From Candidatus Omnitrophota bacterium (GTDB taxonomy: Bacteria > Omnitrophota > Omnitrophia > Omnitrophales > Aquincolibacteriaceae), in contig JAZDJU010000005.1 in NCBI GenBank assembly GCA_043803685.1, positions 11,579-75,578 on the forward strand: a stretch of 64,000 nt of DNA. Reading direction: 5' to 3'. The notes under the pieces were generated by a model, which saw only the letters and a program-made list of their open reading frames with translations, did not search any database and was not told where the DNA came from. Positions 47,590-57,652 of this stretch are shown here, piece after piece (the stretch's first letter is position 1; every line of letters starts with the position of its first letter). The position numbers and the translations under genes are program-made.

Positions 47590-48642
47590 ATGAATACTCA
47601 AAGTTTGTTGAAAGATAAAACGATCTTGATCACGGGCGGCACGGGTTCTTTTGGAAAGAAACTCACCGAGGTGTTGCTGACCCAATACAAGCTCAAACGA
47701 GTCATTATTTTTAGCCGTGACGAGTTCAAGCAATTCGAAATGGCCCAAGTGTTCCCGGTGGAGAAGTATCCCGCGATCCGCTATTTTTTAGGCGACGTGC
47801 GTGACAAAGAACGTCTTCATCGAGCTTTTCGTCATGTGGATTATGTCGTTCATGCCGCGGCCCTCAAACAGGTGCCGGCTGCGGAGTATAATCCTTTTGA
47901 GGCGGTGAAAACTAACATTCACGGGGCTCAGAATGTGATCGATTGCGCGCTCGACCAGAACGTCAAAAGAGTGCTAGCCCTTAGTACGGATAAAGCGGCA
48001 AATCCTATCAATCTCTACGGCGCCACCAAGCTTTGCTCCGACAAACTTTTTATTGCCGGAAATTCTTACGCCGGAGCCGATCAGAACCTCTTCAGCGTTG
48101 TTCGTTACGGGAATGTCGTCGGAAGCCGTGGAAGCGTTATTCCCTTTTTTATGGAACAACGCGCCAAGGGGGTCCTTCCGATCACGGACCCGCGCATGAC
48201 GCGTTTTTGGATCACGCTGGAGGAATCAGTTCGTTTTGTCCTTCAATGTCTTACCCAGATGGCGGGTGGAGAGCTTTTCATCCCGAAGATCCCGAGCATG
48301 AATATCATGGACCTCGCCAAGACGATCGCTCTCGAGTGCCGGACCAAGGTTGTCGGCATACGGCCGGGAGAGAAACTGCATGAAGTGCTTTTGCCGTCCA
48401 ACGAAGCGCGGCATGCTCTTGAGTTTAAGAACCATTTCGCGATCGAGCCCGAGTTTGAGTTCTGGGGACACCGCTCGAAAAATTTGACGGGTGGGAAAAA
48501 AGTGTTTGAGGATTTCGAATATAACTCACTCAACAACCCGCATTTTCTTTCGGTCCCGGACATGCGTAAGCTGCTCATTTCGTTGGGGTATCCATTGGGG
48601 ATTGTGCCGTCTTCTAAGAAAAATGTACGAAGAAAGGAATAA
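47590..48642 (+). CDS. pseB: UDP-GlcNAc 4,6-dehydratase (inverting)
   Basis: TGGTGSFG, SRDEFKQ, HAAALKQVPAAEYNP, LSTDKAANPINLYGATK, RYGNVVGSRGSV, GIRPGEKLHE. Confidence 0.95.
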   Translation: MNTQSLLKDKTILITGGTGSFGKKLTEVLLTQYKLKRVIIFSRDEFKQFEMAQVFPVEKYPAIRYFLGDVRDKERLHRAFRHVDYVVHAAALKQVPAAEYNPFEAVKTNIHGAQNVIDCALDQNVKRVLALSTDKAANPINLYGATKLCSDKLFIAGNSYAGADQNLFSVVRYGNVVGSRGSVIPFFMEQRAKGVLPITDPRMTRFWITLEESVRFVLQCLTQMAGGELFIPKIPSMNIMDLAKTIALECRTKVVGIRPGEKLHEVLLPSNEARHALEFKNHFAIEPEFEFWGHRSKNLTGGKKVFEDFEYNSLNNPHFLSVPDMRKLLISLGYPLGIVPSSKKNVRRKE

Positions 48643-48646
48643 AATT

Positions 48647-49822
48647 ATGTCGGTTGAGACATCTAAGCCCATTATGCACTATTGCACCAAGTGTACGCTA
48701 CCCAGCACCAAGCCGGATCTCTCGTTCGATGAAAAGGGCGTGTGTAAGGCCTGCCGTAATTATGAGAACCGGAAAGAAGTAGATTGGGACGTTCGTCGTA
48801 AAGAGTTGGCAACAATCTTTGACCGGTACCGGAGCAAGGACAGCACTCGGTGGGATTGTGTGATCCCTGTGAGCGGTGGCAAAGACAGCCATTTTCAAAC
48901 GCTGAAAGCCCTCGAAATGGGGATGAACCCTCTTTGCGTGACGGCGACTACGTGCGATCTTTCGGAAATCGGTCGCAAAAATATCGAGGTGATTAAGAAG
49001 TTGGGCGTTGATTATATTGAATTTTCGATCAATCCGATCATTCGCCACAAAATGAACCGTATTGGATTGATGCAGGTGGGGGATATTTCCTGGCCCGAGC
49101 ATGCATCGATCTTCACGATCCCGGTGCGCGCGGCCGTCCAGTTCGGTGTGCCATTGATCCTCTGGGGCGAGAATGCTCAAAATGAATATGGGGGGCCTGC
49201 TTCGGCCTGCGAAACCAATGTTTTAGATCGCCGGTGGCTTGAAGAGTTCGGCGGACTCTTGGGGCTGAGGGTCACGGATCTGATCGGGCTCGAAGGCATC
49301 GAAAAGAAAAATCTGATCCCCTTGATGTATCCCTCGGATGCGGATCTTGCTCGCGTGGGGGTTACCGGGTTGTATCTGGGCTACTATATTTCCTGGGATT
49401 CCTATACCAACGTTCTTCTGGCACAGGCGCACGGGTTTACAACGGCGTCGAACGTAATCGAGGGATCGATCGTTACGTACGAAAATCTCGACAATCACCA
49501 GACCGGGATCCATGATTATTTTAAGTTCTTGAAGTTCGGATTCGGCCGAGCCTCCGATATCGCATCGCACCATGTGCGCCGTGGGCGTCTTTCGCGCCGC
49601 GATGCTATGGAACTGGTGCGAATGCATGACGGGAAATTCCCTTGGACCTATCTGGAGAAGCCTGTCGACAAGATCCTAGCGCCGCTCGATATCTCGGTGG
49701 AAGAGTTCATTAAAATCTGCGATCGTTTTACGAACAAAAAACTCTTTGTGACAGATGCCCGCGGTAATCTCGTCAAAGACCGGCATGGAAATCTAACCAA
49801 GCTTCTTTACGATAATCCATGA
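48647..49822 (+). CDS. N-acetyl sugar amidotransferase (WbuX/PseA/WbpG family)
   Basis: CTKC..CKAC, PP-loop VSGGKDS, WGEN, HDYFKFLKFGFGRA. Confidence 0.9.
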   Translation: MSVETSKPIMHYCTKCTLPSTKPDLSFDEKGVCKACRNYENRKEVDWDVRRKELATIFDRYRSKDSTRWDCVIPVSGGKDSHFQTLKALEMGMNPLCVTATTCDLSEIGRKNIEVIKKLGVDYIEFSINPIIRHKMNRIGLMQVGDISWPEHASIFTIPVRAAVQFGVPLILWGENAQNEYGGPASACETNVLDRRWLEEFGGLLGLRVTDLIGLEGIEKKNLIPLMYPSDADLARVGVTGLYLGYYISWDSYTNVLLAQAHGFTTASNVIEGSIVTYENLDNHQTGIHDYFKFLKFGFGRASDIASHHVRRGRLSRRDAMELVRMHDGKFPWTYLEKPVDKILAPLDISVEEFIKICDRFTNKKLFVTDARGNLVKDRHGNLTKLLYDNP

Positions 49823-50430
49823 GTGTTCTTGTTGTCGATTACCATATGTGCAATCTCGGTTCCGTTCGCCGGGCCCTCGAAGAGATCGGCGCCGAGGTGA
49901 TCGTCTCCGATGATCCCGCGGATCTGAAAAAGGCTGAAAGACTCATTCTTCCCGGCGTTGGATCTTTCAGGGACGGGATGACGCACTTGCGTGATCTGGG
50001 ATGGGAGCCTGAGATATTGAACGCCGTTCGCGAGGGGGTACCCCTTTTTGGCATTTGTTTGGGGATGCAACTCCTGCTGTCGAAAGGCCGCGAAGGCGGC
50101 GAAACGCCCGGGCTTTCCTTGATCTCTGGTGAAGTGAAACGCCTTGAGCCCGAACCTGCCGGGACGCGCATTCCCCATGTCGGATGGAACGAAGTCCATC
50201 CGGTAACATCCTCGGACCTTCTTCGCGATATCACGGACGGCACGGATTTCTATTTCGTCCACAGTTACCACGCTGTTGTGGAAAATAAAACGGATGTTCT
50301 TGCGACGACGCCCTACTGCGGCGGCTTTGTTTCCGCAGTCCATTCGGGGAATGTCTGGGGGGTTCAGTTCCATCCGGAAAAAAGCGGTAAGCCCGGGTTC
50401 AAATTGCTTCAGAATTTCCTAAAACTCTAA
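49819..50430 (+). CDS. hisH: HisH-like glutamine amidotransferase (glycan-locus paralog)
   Basis: LPGVGSF, GICLGMQ, PHVGWN, YFVHSY, QFHPEKS. Confidence 0.9.
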   Translation: MSVLVVDYHMCNLGSVRRALEEIGAEVIVSDDPADLKKAERLILPGVGSFRDGMTHLRDLGWEPEILNAVREGVPLFGICLGMQLLLSKGREGGETPGLSLISGEVKRLEPEPAGTRIPHVGWNEVHPVTSSDLLRDITDGTDFYFVHSYHAVVENKTDVLATTPYCGGFVSAVHSGNVWGVQFHPEKSGKPGFKLLQNFLKL

Positions 50431-50443
50431 AGCCGGGGATCTC

Positions 50444-51223
50444 ATGCTGAAGGTCCGCGTCATACCCACACTTTTGTGGAAAAATGTCGGTCTGGTCAAA
50501 GGAATAGGATTCGACAGCTGGCGTCGTGTCGGGACGATCCTTCCGGCGATCAAAGTCTATAATACCCGAGAAGTCGACGAGCTCATTCTGGTGGATATCT
50601 CCGCGACCTTGGAAGGTCGAGCTCCCGATTACGATAGCATCGACGGTCTTTCCGGGGAGTGTTTTGTTCCTCTGACGGTCGGTGGCGGTATCCGTACGGT
50701 TGAACACATCCGCGATCTTTTGCGCGCCGGAGCGGACAAGATCGCTATCAATTCCGCAGCTTATGAAGATCCGCAATTGATCCGTGAAAGCGCTCAGCGA
50801 TTCGGCTCGCAGTGCGTCGTTCTGAGTATTGATGCCAGAAAGCAAGCGGATGGGAGTTATGAATGCTACAGTCATAGCGGCACGCGTCCCACCGGTAAGG
50901 AACTTGCTTCATGGGCGAGGCAAGCGGAGTCGCTCGGGGCCGGCGAGATCCTTTTAACCTCTGTCGAACGGGACGGAACGATGCGGGGCTATGACCTTCA
51001 AATGCTGCGGACGGTCACCTCCCAGGTACGGATCCCCGTGATCGCGTCGGGGGGTGCGGGCAATTACCAGCATATGTACGAGGCGATTGAGGATGCGAAA
51101 AGTTCAGCGGTCGCCGCGGCAAGTATCTTTCATTTCACGGAACAGACACCTCTCGAGGCGAAGCAATATCTTGCATCCAAAGGGATCCAGGTGCGTAACG
51201 TGAATGCGTCAAAAGGAGATTGA
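50444..51223 (+). CDS. hisF: HisF-like cyclase (glycan-locus paralog)
   Basis: RVIPTLL, VDELILVDI, PLTVGGG, GAGEILLTSVERDGT, IASGGAG. Confidence 0.9.
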   Translation: MLKVRVIPTLLWKNVGLVKGIGFDSWRRVGTILPAIKVYNTREVDELILVDISATLEGRAPDYDSIDGLSGECFVPLTVGGGIRTVEHIRDLLRAGADKIAINSAAYEDPQLIRESAQRFGSQCVVLSIDARKQADGSYECYSHSGTRPTGKELASWARQAESLGAGEILLTSVERDGTMRGYDLQMLRTVTSQVRIPVIASGGAGNYQHMYEAIEDAKSSAVAAASIFHFTEQTPLEAKQYLASKGIQVRNVNASKGD

Positions 51224-51228
51224 ATTCT

Positions 51229-51915
51229 ATGCTGAAAATCCCCAGTAGAATCAAAAGGATTGCCGTCTTGACCCCTCAGGGGAGTTGGTTTGTCCCAAAA
51301 GCCAGAAAATTCGTTCAGGATCTTCAACGTCAATATCCAGGTACCCGTCTTTTTTTTGAATATGAACGGATCCCTGCTGGCTACGATGTGATTTTTATTC
51401 TAAGTTATACGCGGATCATTGGCCCTGTGCTGCTCAAGCGGCACAAACATAACATCGTTGTTCATGCGAGCGATCTCCCCAAAGGAACGGGCTGGGCCCC
51501 ACTTTTTTGGCAAGTGCTTGAAGGAAAGCGAAAGGTTGTTTTTACGCTTTTCGAGGCAGACGAAAAGGCTGATACGGGGACGTATTACATCAAAAGCAGT
51601 CTGCGTCTCAAGGGGACTGAACTCCATGATGAGCTTCGCGAGTTGCAGGCTCAGAAATGTTTTGAGCTTTGCCGGCATTTTCTGAATCGATACGATTCTC
51701 TTCGGCCGCGTGTCCAAAAAGGCGTACGGACTTTCTTGAAACGACGCACTCCAACGGATAGCCGTTTGGATCCGCGCAAGACGCTTCGAAAGCAGTTCAA
51801 CCTCTTACGCATCTGCAGCAATGACGACTTCCCAGCTTTTTTTTATTTGAATGGGCGCAAATATATCCTCAAGATCTATTCCGATCAGGAGCTTCAGGCC
51901 CATGGCAAAAAATGA
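51229..51915 (+). CDS. Sugar N-formyltransferase (formyl-THF dependent)
   Basis: LSY, VVHASDLPKGTGWAP (HxSxLP motif), DTG, RRTPTDS. Confidence 0.8.
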   Translation: MLKIPSRIKRIAVLTPQGSWFVPKARKFVQDLQRQYPGTRLFFEYERIPAGYDVIFILSYTRIIGPVLLKRHKHNIVVHASDLPKGTGWAPLFWQVLEGKRKVVFTLFEADEKADTGTYYIKSSLRLKGTELHDELRELQAQKCFELCRHFLNRYDSLRPRVQKGVRTFLKRRTPTDSRLDPRKTLRKQFNLLRICSNDDFPAFFYLNGRKYILKIYSDQELQAHGKK

Positions 51916-52966
51916 ATTTATGGATTTTTTGGGGTGTCCAGACCGTGTCTGCCTCGTAGCGGAAGTGTCCTGTAACCATGGCGGTGATTTGAAGCGTGCG
52001 ATTCAAATGATCCGGACCGCGAAAGAGTGTGGCGCGGATGCCGTCAAGTTTCAAACCTACACACCGGATTCCTTGACGCTTGATGTTAAAAACCGGTATT
52101 TCACCATTCATCATCCGAAATGGGGCGGCCAGACACTTTATCAGCTTTACAAAAAAACAGCACCGCCCTTGACGTGGTTTAAAAGGCTCAAAGAAGTCGC
52201 GGACGAAGTGGGGATTGTCTTTTTTTCCACCGCGCTTGACGCGGCATCGGTGGATCTTCTGGAAACCCTCGACGTTCCTTGCCACAAGCTGACCTCGTTC
52301 GAACTTGTCGATCTTGGATTGGTTCGTTGCGCTGCTCGTACTGGAAAACCGCTCATTTTATCGACAGGGATGGCGACGATCGAGGAGATCCGTGAAGCTG
52401 TGCAAACGGCAAAGCGTGCAGGAGCCTCTCGCATCGCACTTCTCAAATGCTTGAGCAGTTATCCTGCGCCTTGGGAGCAGATGAATCTCAGGACGATTCC
52501 GGATTTGAGACGCCGATTTCGCCGTCCGGTGGGTTTGTCGGACCATTCTCTGGGAACTCACGCCGCGGTGGCCGCGGTCGCATTGGGCGCTGTGCTGATC
52601 GAGAAGCATTTTATTTTGTCTAAAAAGATAAAAACCCCTGACAGTTTTTTTTCGATCGTTCCTTCGGAGCTTGAAGCTCTTGTCAAAGCAGTCCGTATTG
52701 TTGAGAAATCTTTGGGGCAAGTTCATTACGGGTTAACGGATGCTGAGCAGAAGAGCAAGGTCTTTCGGCGATCCTTGTTCGTGGCGCGCGATGTCAAAAA
52801 AGGGGAGGTTTTCACGGAAGAGAATGTTCGTTCTGTGCGTCCGTCCAACGGATTGTCCCCGAAATACTTGCCGTTCATTCTGGGAAAACGTGCACGCGTT
52901 CATGTTGCGAAGGGAACCCCGTTAAGTCCTAAACATATTCAGCAGTTATCGCGCGTTATGCGCTAG
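51902..52966 (+). CDS. pseI: Pseudaminic acid synthase (NeuB family)
   Basis: AEVSCNHGG, DAVKFQTY, LSTGMA, LKCLSSYP, GLSDH, IEKHF, RRSL, C-terminal SAF domain. Confidence 0.9.
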   Translation: MAKNEFMDFLGCPDRVCLVAEVSCNHGGDLKRAIQMIRTAKECGADAVKFQTYTPDSLTLDVKNRYFTIHHPKWGGQTLYQLYKKTAPPLTWFKRLKEVADEVGIVFFSTALDAASVDLLETLDVPCHKLTSFELVDLGLVRCAARTGKPLILSTGMATIEEIREAVQTAKRAGASRIALLKCLSSYPAPWEQMNLRTIPDLRRRFRRPVGLSDHSLGTHAAVAAVALGAVLIEKHFILSKKIKTPDSFFSIVPSELEALVKAVRIVEKSLGQVHYGLTDAEQKSKVFRRSLFVARDVKKGEVFTEENVRSVRPSNGLSPKYLPFILGKRARVHVAKGTPLSPKHIQQLSRVMR

Positions 52967-52995
52967 GACGCGATTTCTCTCGTCTGGAAACTATT

Positions 52996-54726
52996 ATGAA
53001 AAAAATCCTAATTCTTGAAAAACCCGCCGCCGATCTGCGTTCGCACTACGATGAAGTATTTTCCTTTTGTGAGAACCCCGCGCACACCTTCCCGGAGAAT
53101 TATCTGGGGCACGACGAGGTTGATGCTCTTTATCTAAAAGTCTACACCGAAGTCTGTTCCCAATTGAGTCGCGAACTTCCTGGGGTCCCGATCGTTTATA
53201 AGGAGGTCCGACTGCTCTGGTGTTTTAAAAAGGAGCTTTTTAGTTTTTTGTACTGGACGGTTTTGAAATGGGAGATTGTGCGACGTGTTTTTTTGAAAAA
53301 TCCAGGAGCTGTGTTTTACATTGAGCTTGGAAACGGGAATTTAGATGCTGCGCGGGTGGGTGACATTTTGAAATTGGGTAGCGTTGCTAAACTGCCGACG
53401 ATCGAGTGGCTCAGGACAGACGCCCGGATCGAAGAACGGGATGCGCGTCATGTCCGGCGCTATGGGGCCTCGATTTGGCCCAAGACCCTTTCATTTTTAA
53501 GATCGGAAAAGGTTCATTGTGCTTTTTTTTCGGATCCTGCCCGGTCTGAGAGTGTGATTCAAAATCTTCATCCTGCGCGCTGCGTTATTTACTCCAACGC
53601 AGCGGCGCCGCGGATGCTTTTAAGGTCGCTGAGAAATGGAGCGTCTTTTTTTCAATCGGTGGTTTCCAGGAAATCTCAAAAAAAATACCGCGAATTGATA
53701 CGAAAGTTGACTGATGCATTGTCGCAACAAAGACTCTTTCTTGATGTCGTCTTGGGTGGTTTGAGTATGCAGTCATTCGTTGACTGGAAGATGCCGCGCT
53801 TTTTTGAAGAGTTGCTGCCGCATCTTTTGTCAGACATTGATGCCATGGAGTGTTTCTTTAAAAAGGTTCCCAATCTTCGCTCTGCCCTTATGGATGAAGA
53901 TGTCGACCCGTGTAAAAATGCTTTTGCCCAGCTTGCACGGATTCATCGCGTCAAAACTTTTGTTGAACTTCATGGCGCGATTGGAGCTCCGCATGGTTTG
54001 ATCCCCCTTACGGCGGATCAAATGTTTGTTTGGGGGAAGGCCCAAAAGGAAAAGCTGATCCGTTGGGGCTGTCCGGCTGATCGGATTGTCACTTCCGGTT
54101 GTAGTCGCTACGAACATTATCAAAAACTTGATTATGTAAAGGTCCGTCGTGAGGTTTGTCAGGATCTTAAATTAGACCCAGCTAAAAAAGTCGTTTTGCT
54201 TGTTTTTATGCCGCTAAGCCGATGGAGCGCATGGTACGAAAGCCGGGTTCGACGTATGATCGCTGAAATGCTGAATGCCGCGCGAGAGTTGTCGGAAAGA
54301 TCGGATGTCCAGTTCGTTATTAAGCTTCATCCTGCTGAAACAAAAGAATCGTACTATCGCGACTGGATAGCCCTGAACCAGCTCACTGGGCGGGCTGTCG
54401 TGGTGCGGAGGTATGACCCCTTGTTGCTTGGCAAAGCCGTGGACCTTCTCATTGTCTACGGATCTACGTATTCCGTTGATGGCTTTGCGCTCGATAAACC
54501 GGTTATTTGTGTGGACGACAAGTGGAACCCTCTTCTGGAAGAGTTCCGACCCTATAAGGTTTTCTTGTATGCGGACACTCGAGAGCAGATCGTGTCGATG
54601 GCGGACCATATCCTGAGAGAAGGGTTTTCTCGCCCTCCGCTCTGGGAACGGGCAAAGCAGGAATGTCTTAATCAGGATGGAGAAGCTCCGGCAGCTTTTA
54701 TCGCGGAGCAATTGTCCCATGTCTAG
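52996..54726 (+). CDS. Hypothetical protein with C-terminal GT-B-like domain (candidate nonulosonate transferase)
   Basis: HG, FVWG, G.SRY, IKLHP, ST..DGFALDKPVI; lies between pseI and the flippase. Confidence 0.5.
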   Translation: MKKILILEKPAADLRSHYDEVFSFCENPAHTFPENYLGHDEVDALYLKVYTEVCSQLSRELPGVPIVYKEVRLLWCFKKELFSFLYWTVLKWEIVRRVFLKNPGAVFYIELGNGNLDAARVGDILKLGSVAKLPTIEWLRTDARIEERDARHVRRYGASIWPKTLSFLRSEKVHCAFFSDPARSESVIQNLHPARCVIYSNAAAPRMLLRSLRNGASFFQSVVSRKSQKKYRELIRKLTDALSQQRLFLDVVLGGLSMQSFVDWKMPRFFEELLPHLLSDIDAMECFFKKVPNLRSALMDEDVDPCKNAFAQLARIHRVKTFVELHGAIGAPHGLIPLTADQMFVWGKAQKEKLIRWGCPADRIVTSGCSRYEHYQKLDYVKVRREVCQDLKLDPAKKVVLLVFMPLSRWSAWYESRVRRMIAEMLNAARELSERSDVQFVIKLHPAETKESYYRDWIALNQLTGRAVVVRRYDPLLLGKAVDLLIVYGSTYSVDGFALDKPVICVDDKWNPLLEEFRPYKVFLYADTREQIVSMADHILREGFSRPPLWERAKQECLNQDGEAPAAFIAEQLSHV

Positions 54727-56179
54727 ACACAAAGAGATCGTCCGGCAGTCGAGTCTTTATTCCCTAAGCACCCTTGTGACGCAACTGATCACAGTGGTTG
54801 CCGCCTTTTTGACCCGGAGATTTCTCGGTCCGACGCAGATGGGTATTTGGTCGACCCTCCAGATCCTTGTCGATTATTCCAAGTACGCCGTGTTGGGGAC
54901 CATGTCCGCTGTTAGCGTCGAGATTCCTTACTGGATCGGAAAAGGGGATGGGGAACGAGCGGAAAAGATCAAGAACATCGCATTCACCTTTGTCGTGATC
55001 AGCACACTTGTTTTTTGCGGCGCGATAGCGGCGTTTGCTTTGCTGACCCAGGGAAAATTTCCCGCGGAGGTGACGTTCGGTCTTTTCTTTGTTTCCGCGA
55101 TCATCTTTCTCCAACGCATCAATAATCTGCTCATCGCGCTTTTGCGATGCTACAAGAAATTCCATATCGAGTCCGGCCAAATGATCTGGTCGGCCGTGGT
55201 GAACGCTCTTTTGATCGCAGGGCTTGCTTCGCGGTTCAAGCTTTATGGTTTTATCTGGGCGTTGGGGTTGAGTTTTGTTTTCAACATTTTCTATCTCGCA
55301 AGGCAATACCGGTATAATTTTCGCTGGTGTTTTGACCGGCAGATCTTCCAGCCGCTTCTGGTCCGGGGCTTTCCGCTTATGCTCCTGGGGCTCATGAATA
55401 CCGGGCTCCAGAACATCGACCGGATGGTTATCGCCAAAATGTTGAGTTTCGAACTTTTGGGGATGTACAGTATTGCGCTCATGACATGCTCCTTTATCAG
55501 TAACTTTTTTAGCGCGACGAGCACTGTGATGGTGCCTCATTTTCAGGAAAAAATGGGCGAAACGGACGATCCGAAGAGTTTGCGGGAGTTTTTGTTTAAA
55601 GCGTCGTTACCGCTGGCGTTGGTCATGCCGGTTTTTATTACGTGCTCGTGGATCTTTTTACCCTACTTCATTCAGCTGTGTCTTCCCAAGTTCGTTCCCG
55701 GCGTCATGGCGATGAAGTTCCTGGTGCTTGGTACTTTTTTTACCGCGATGACGCAGCCCTATCAGAATTATCTGGTGACCGTTAAAAGGCATATGCGGAT
55801 ATTCCCGATCGTGGGGATGGCGATCATTTTTTCCGCAGGATTGAGCTGGGGGGCAGTCCGCTTGCATTTTGGGATCGAAGGAGTGGCCGTGGCGGTGACT
55901 TCAGCGGCATTCGTAAATTTCACTTTAAGCTATTTTGTTTCTGCGAGATCCTTTGCAAGTGTCTGGGAAGCCATGCGCCGGTATCTGATCCTTGTCGGGT
56001 TCTTCGCCTATCTGCTCGTTTTTCTTGGTCTTGAAGCCTGGGGCACTTCATTCTTGGGTGGTGGCTTTGTCCGTGCTATAACAGGGATCTTCGCGTGGCT
56101 TGTTTTTTCCTTGCCTCTCATGATTATTTTAAATATGCGTTTTTCGTTTTTTCGTCATCTTAAGGAAAAGTTTGTATGA
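54719..56179 (+). CDS. wzx: Oligosaccharide flippase (Wzx/MOP family)
   Basis: More than 10 TM helices; RRFLGP..MG, GFPLML, IDR, LGMYSIA. Confidence 0.85.
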   Translation: MSRHKEIVRQSSLYSLSTLVTQLITVVAAFLTRRFLGPTQMGIWSTLQILVDYSKYAVLGTMSAVSVEIPYWIGKGDGERAEKIKNIAFTFVVISTLVFCGAIAAFALLTQGKFPAEVTFGLFFVSAIIFLQRINNLLIALLRCYKKFHIESGQMIWSAVVNALLIAGLASRFKLYGFIWALGLSFVFNIFYLARQYRYNFRWCFDRQIFQPLLVRGFPLMLLGLMNTGLQNIDRMVIAKMLSFELLGMYSIALMTCSFISNFFSATSTVMVPHFQEKMGETDDPKSLREFLFKASLPLALVMPVFITCSWIFLPYFIQLCLPKFVPGVMAMKFLVLGTFFTAMTQPYQNYLVTVKRHMRIFPIVGMAIIFSAGLSWGAVRLHFGIEGVAVAVTSAAFVNFTLSYFVSARSFASVWEAMRRYLILVGFFAYLLVFLGLEAWGTSFLGGGFVRAITGIFAWLVFSLPLMIILNMRFSFFRHLKEKFV

Positions 56180-57642
56180 ACGAGAAGAAACGAACGGTCA
56201 TTCTTTTCAATCCCCGCGCCATGCGCGGCGTGGGAGAGGATTCCATCCCGCCGATCGGGCTCTTAATGGCCGCGATCCATCTCCACGAGAAGTACGATGT
56301 TGTCATCATCGACCAACGAGTGGAAAAGGACTGGAAAGCGCTTCTGGAAGACCTCCTGAGCAAGAACCCTGTCTGTCTTGGAATTAGCGCTCTGACCGGG
56401 AAGCAGATCGAATGGGCACTTCGGGCCTCGGAGATCGCGAAAAAGAGGGGGTGTCCGGTGGTCTGGGGAGGGATCCATGCAAGTCTTTTGCCCGCCCAAA
56501 CCCTCATGCATCCGTTCGTCGATTATGTGGTACAGGGCGAGGGGGAGGAGTCCTTCCCTGAACTTCTTGAGGCTCTAGTCGATGGAAGATCTTGTGAAAA
56601 GATCCCGGGTATCTGGAGTAAGAAGGACGGAGCGCCTGTTTTTGGTGGCGTGAGACCTTTCGTCGATATTATGAAGCTTCCCCCGGTCCCTTATCACCTG
56701 GTGGATTTGAATCGCTACATTAAGCCGGGCCCTCATGGGAAAACGATCGTTTTTTTTACTTCCCGTGGATGTCCGCAGCGCTGTACGTTCTGTTTTAATC
56801 ATACATTCAATCAATCCCGCTGGCGCGCATTTTCCCCGGAAAGAGTGATGGAAGATATTCGTCGAATTCAAAGCGAGCATCCTGATGTGGCTCATTTTGA
56901 ATTCTGGGATGATGACTTTTTCGTCAATCTCGCGCGGGCTAAAAAGATCGCGGAAGGTATTACGAAACTGGACTTGCCGATCACCTGGTCAGTGCTTGGA
57001 GCGCATGTTCGTGAAGTGACCTTGATGGATGAAGCGTACCTCGCCGTTTTAAAAGAGAGCCGTCTCAAAGGACTCATTGTCGGCGTGGAAGCGGGCTCTC
57101 AGAAAATGATCGATATCATCCAGAAAAATTTCAAACTGGACGAGCTTTTTGCCATTAACCGGAAGCTCTACGATTTTCACATCACTCCCACGTATAGCTT
57201 TATCAGTGGGATCCCCGGGGAAGATGATGAGGATATCAAGAAGAGCATCGAAGTCATGTTCCGGCTCAAGCGCGAGAATCCTGAGGCTGTGGTCGGTAAC
57301 ATCAAGCCATTTGTTTGCTATCCGGGGACCGCGCTTTACGCGAAAATGACCGAGCAAGGGTTCCGGCCTCCTCAAAAGCTCGAGGACTGGATCGACTATG
57401 TGTGGGGAAATTACATGAATCTCGACGTGCCCTGGGTCTCCAAGGAGCGCCGCCGTTTTCTTAGCTGGCTGTACTACTATACCGTACTCATGAACCCCAC
57501 CTATATATTCATACGCTCAAGGATGTTCACGGTTATTGCCCGCCTCTTGAAACCACTTGCAGAATGGCGGGTCAAGAATTTCTGTATGAAATTCCCCGTT
57601 GAAGCGCAACTCATGTATCTGGCGCAACGCTTTGTGCTCTAA
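56176..57642 (+). CDS. B12-binding radical SAM protein
   Basis: PPIGL, WGGIHAS, GEGE, SRGCPQRCTFC, DDDF, GVEAG, YPGT. Confidence 0.9.
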   Translation: MNEKKRTVILFNPRAMRGVGEDSIPPIGLLMAAIHLHEKYDVVIIDQRVEKDWKALLEDLLSKNPVCLGISALTGKQIEWALRASEIAKKRGCPVVWGGIHASLLPAQTLMHPFVDYVVQGEGEESFPELLEALVDGRSCEKIPGIWSKKDGAPVFGGVRPFVDIMKLPPVPYHLVDLNRYIKPGPHGKTIVFFTSRGCPQRCTFCFNHTFNQSRWRAFSPERVMEDIRRIQSEHPDVAHFEFWDDDFFVNLARAKKIAEGITKLDLPITWSVLGAHVREVTLMDEAYLAVLKESRLKGLIVGVEAGSQKMIDIIQKNFKLDELFAINRKLYDFHITPTYSFISGIPGEDDEDIKKSIEVMFRLKRENPEAVVGNIKPFVCYPGTALYAKMTEQGFRPPQKLEDWIDYVWGNYMNLDVPWVSKERRRFLSWLYYYTVLMNPTYIFIRSRMFTVIARLLKPLAEWRVKNFCMKFPVEAQLMYLAQRFVL

Positions 57643-57652
57643 GGAGAACTCC

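Noticed and set aside
49819..51223. hisH/hisF as histidine biosynthesis genes
   Set aside because: No other his genes nearby; coupling to a WbuX-type amidotransferase marks them as the ammonia-supplying glycan-locus paralogs
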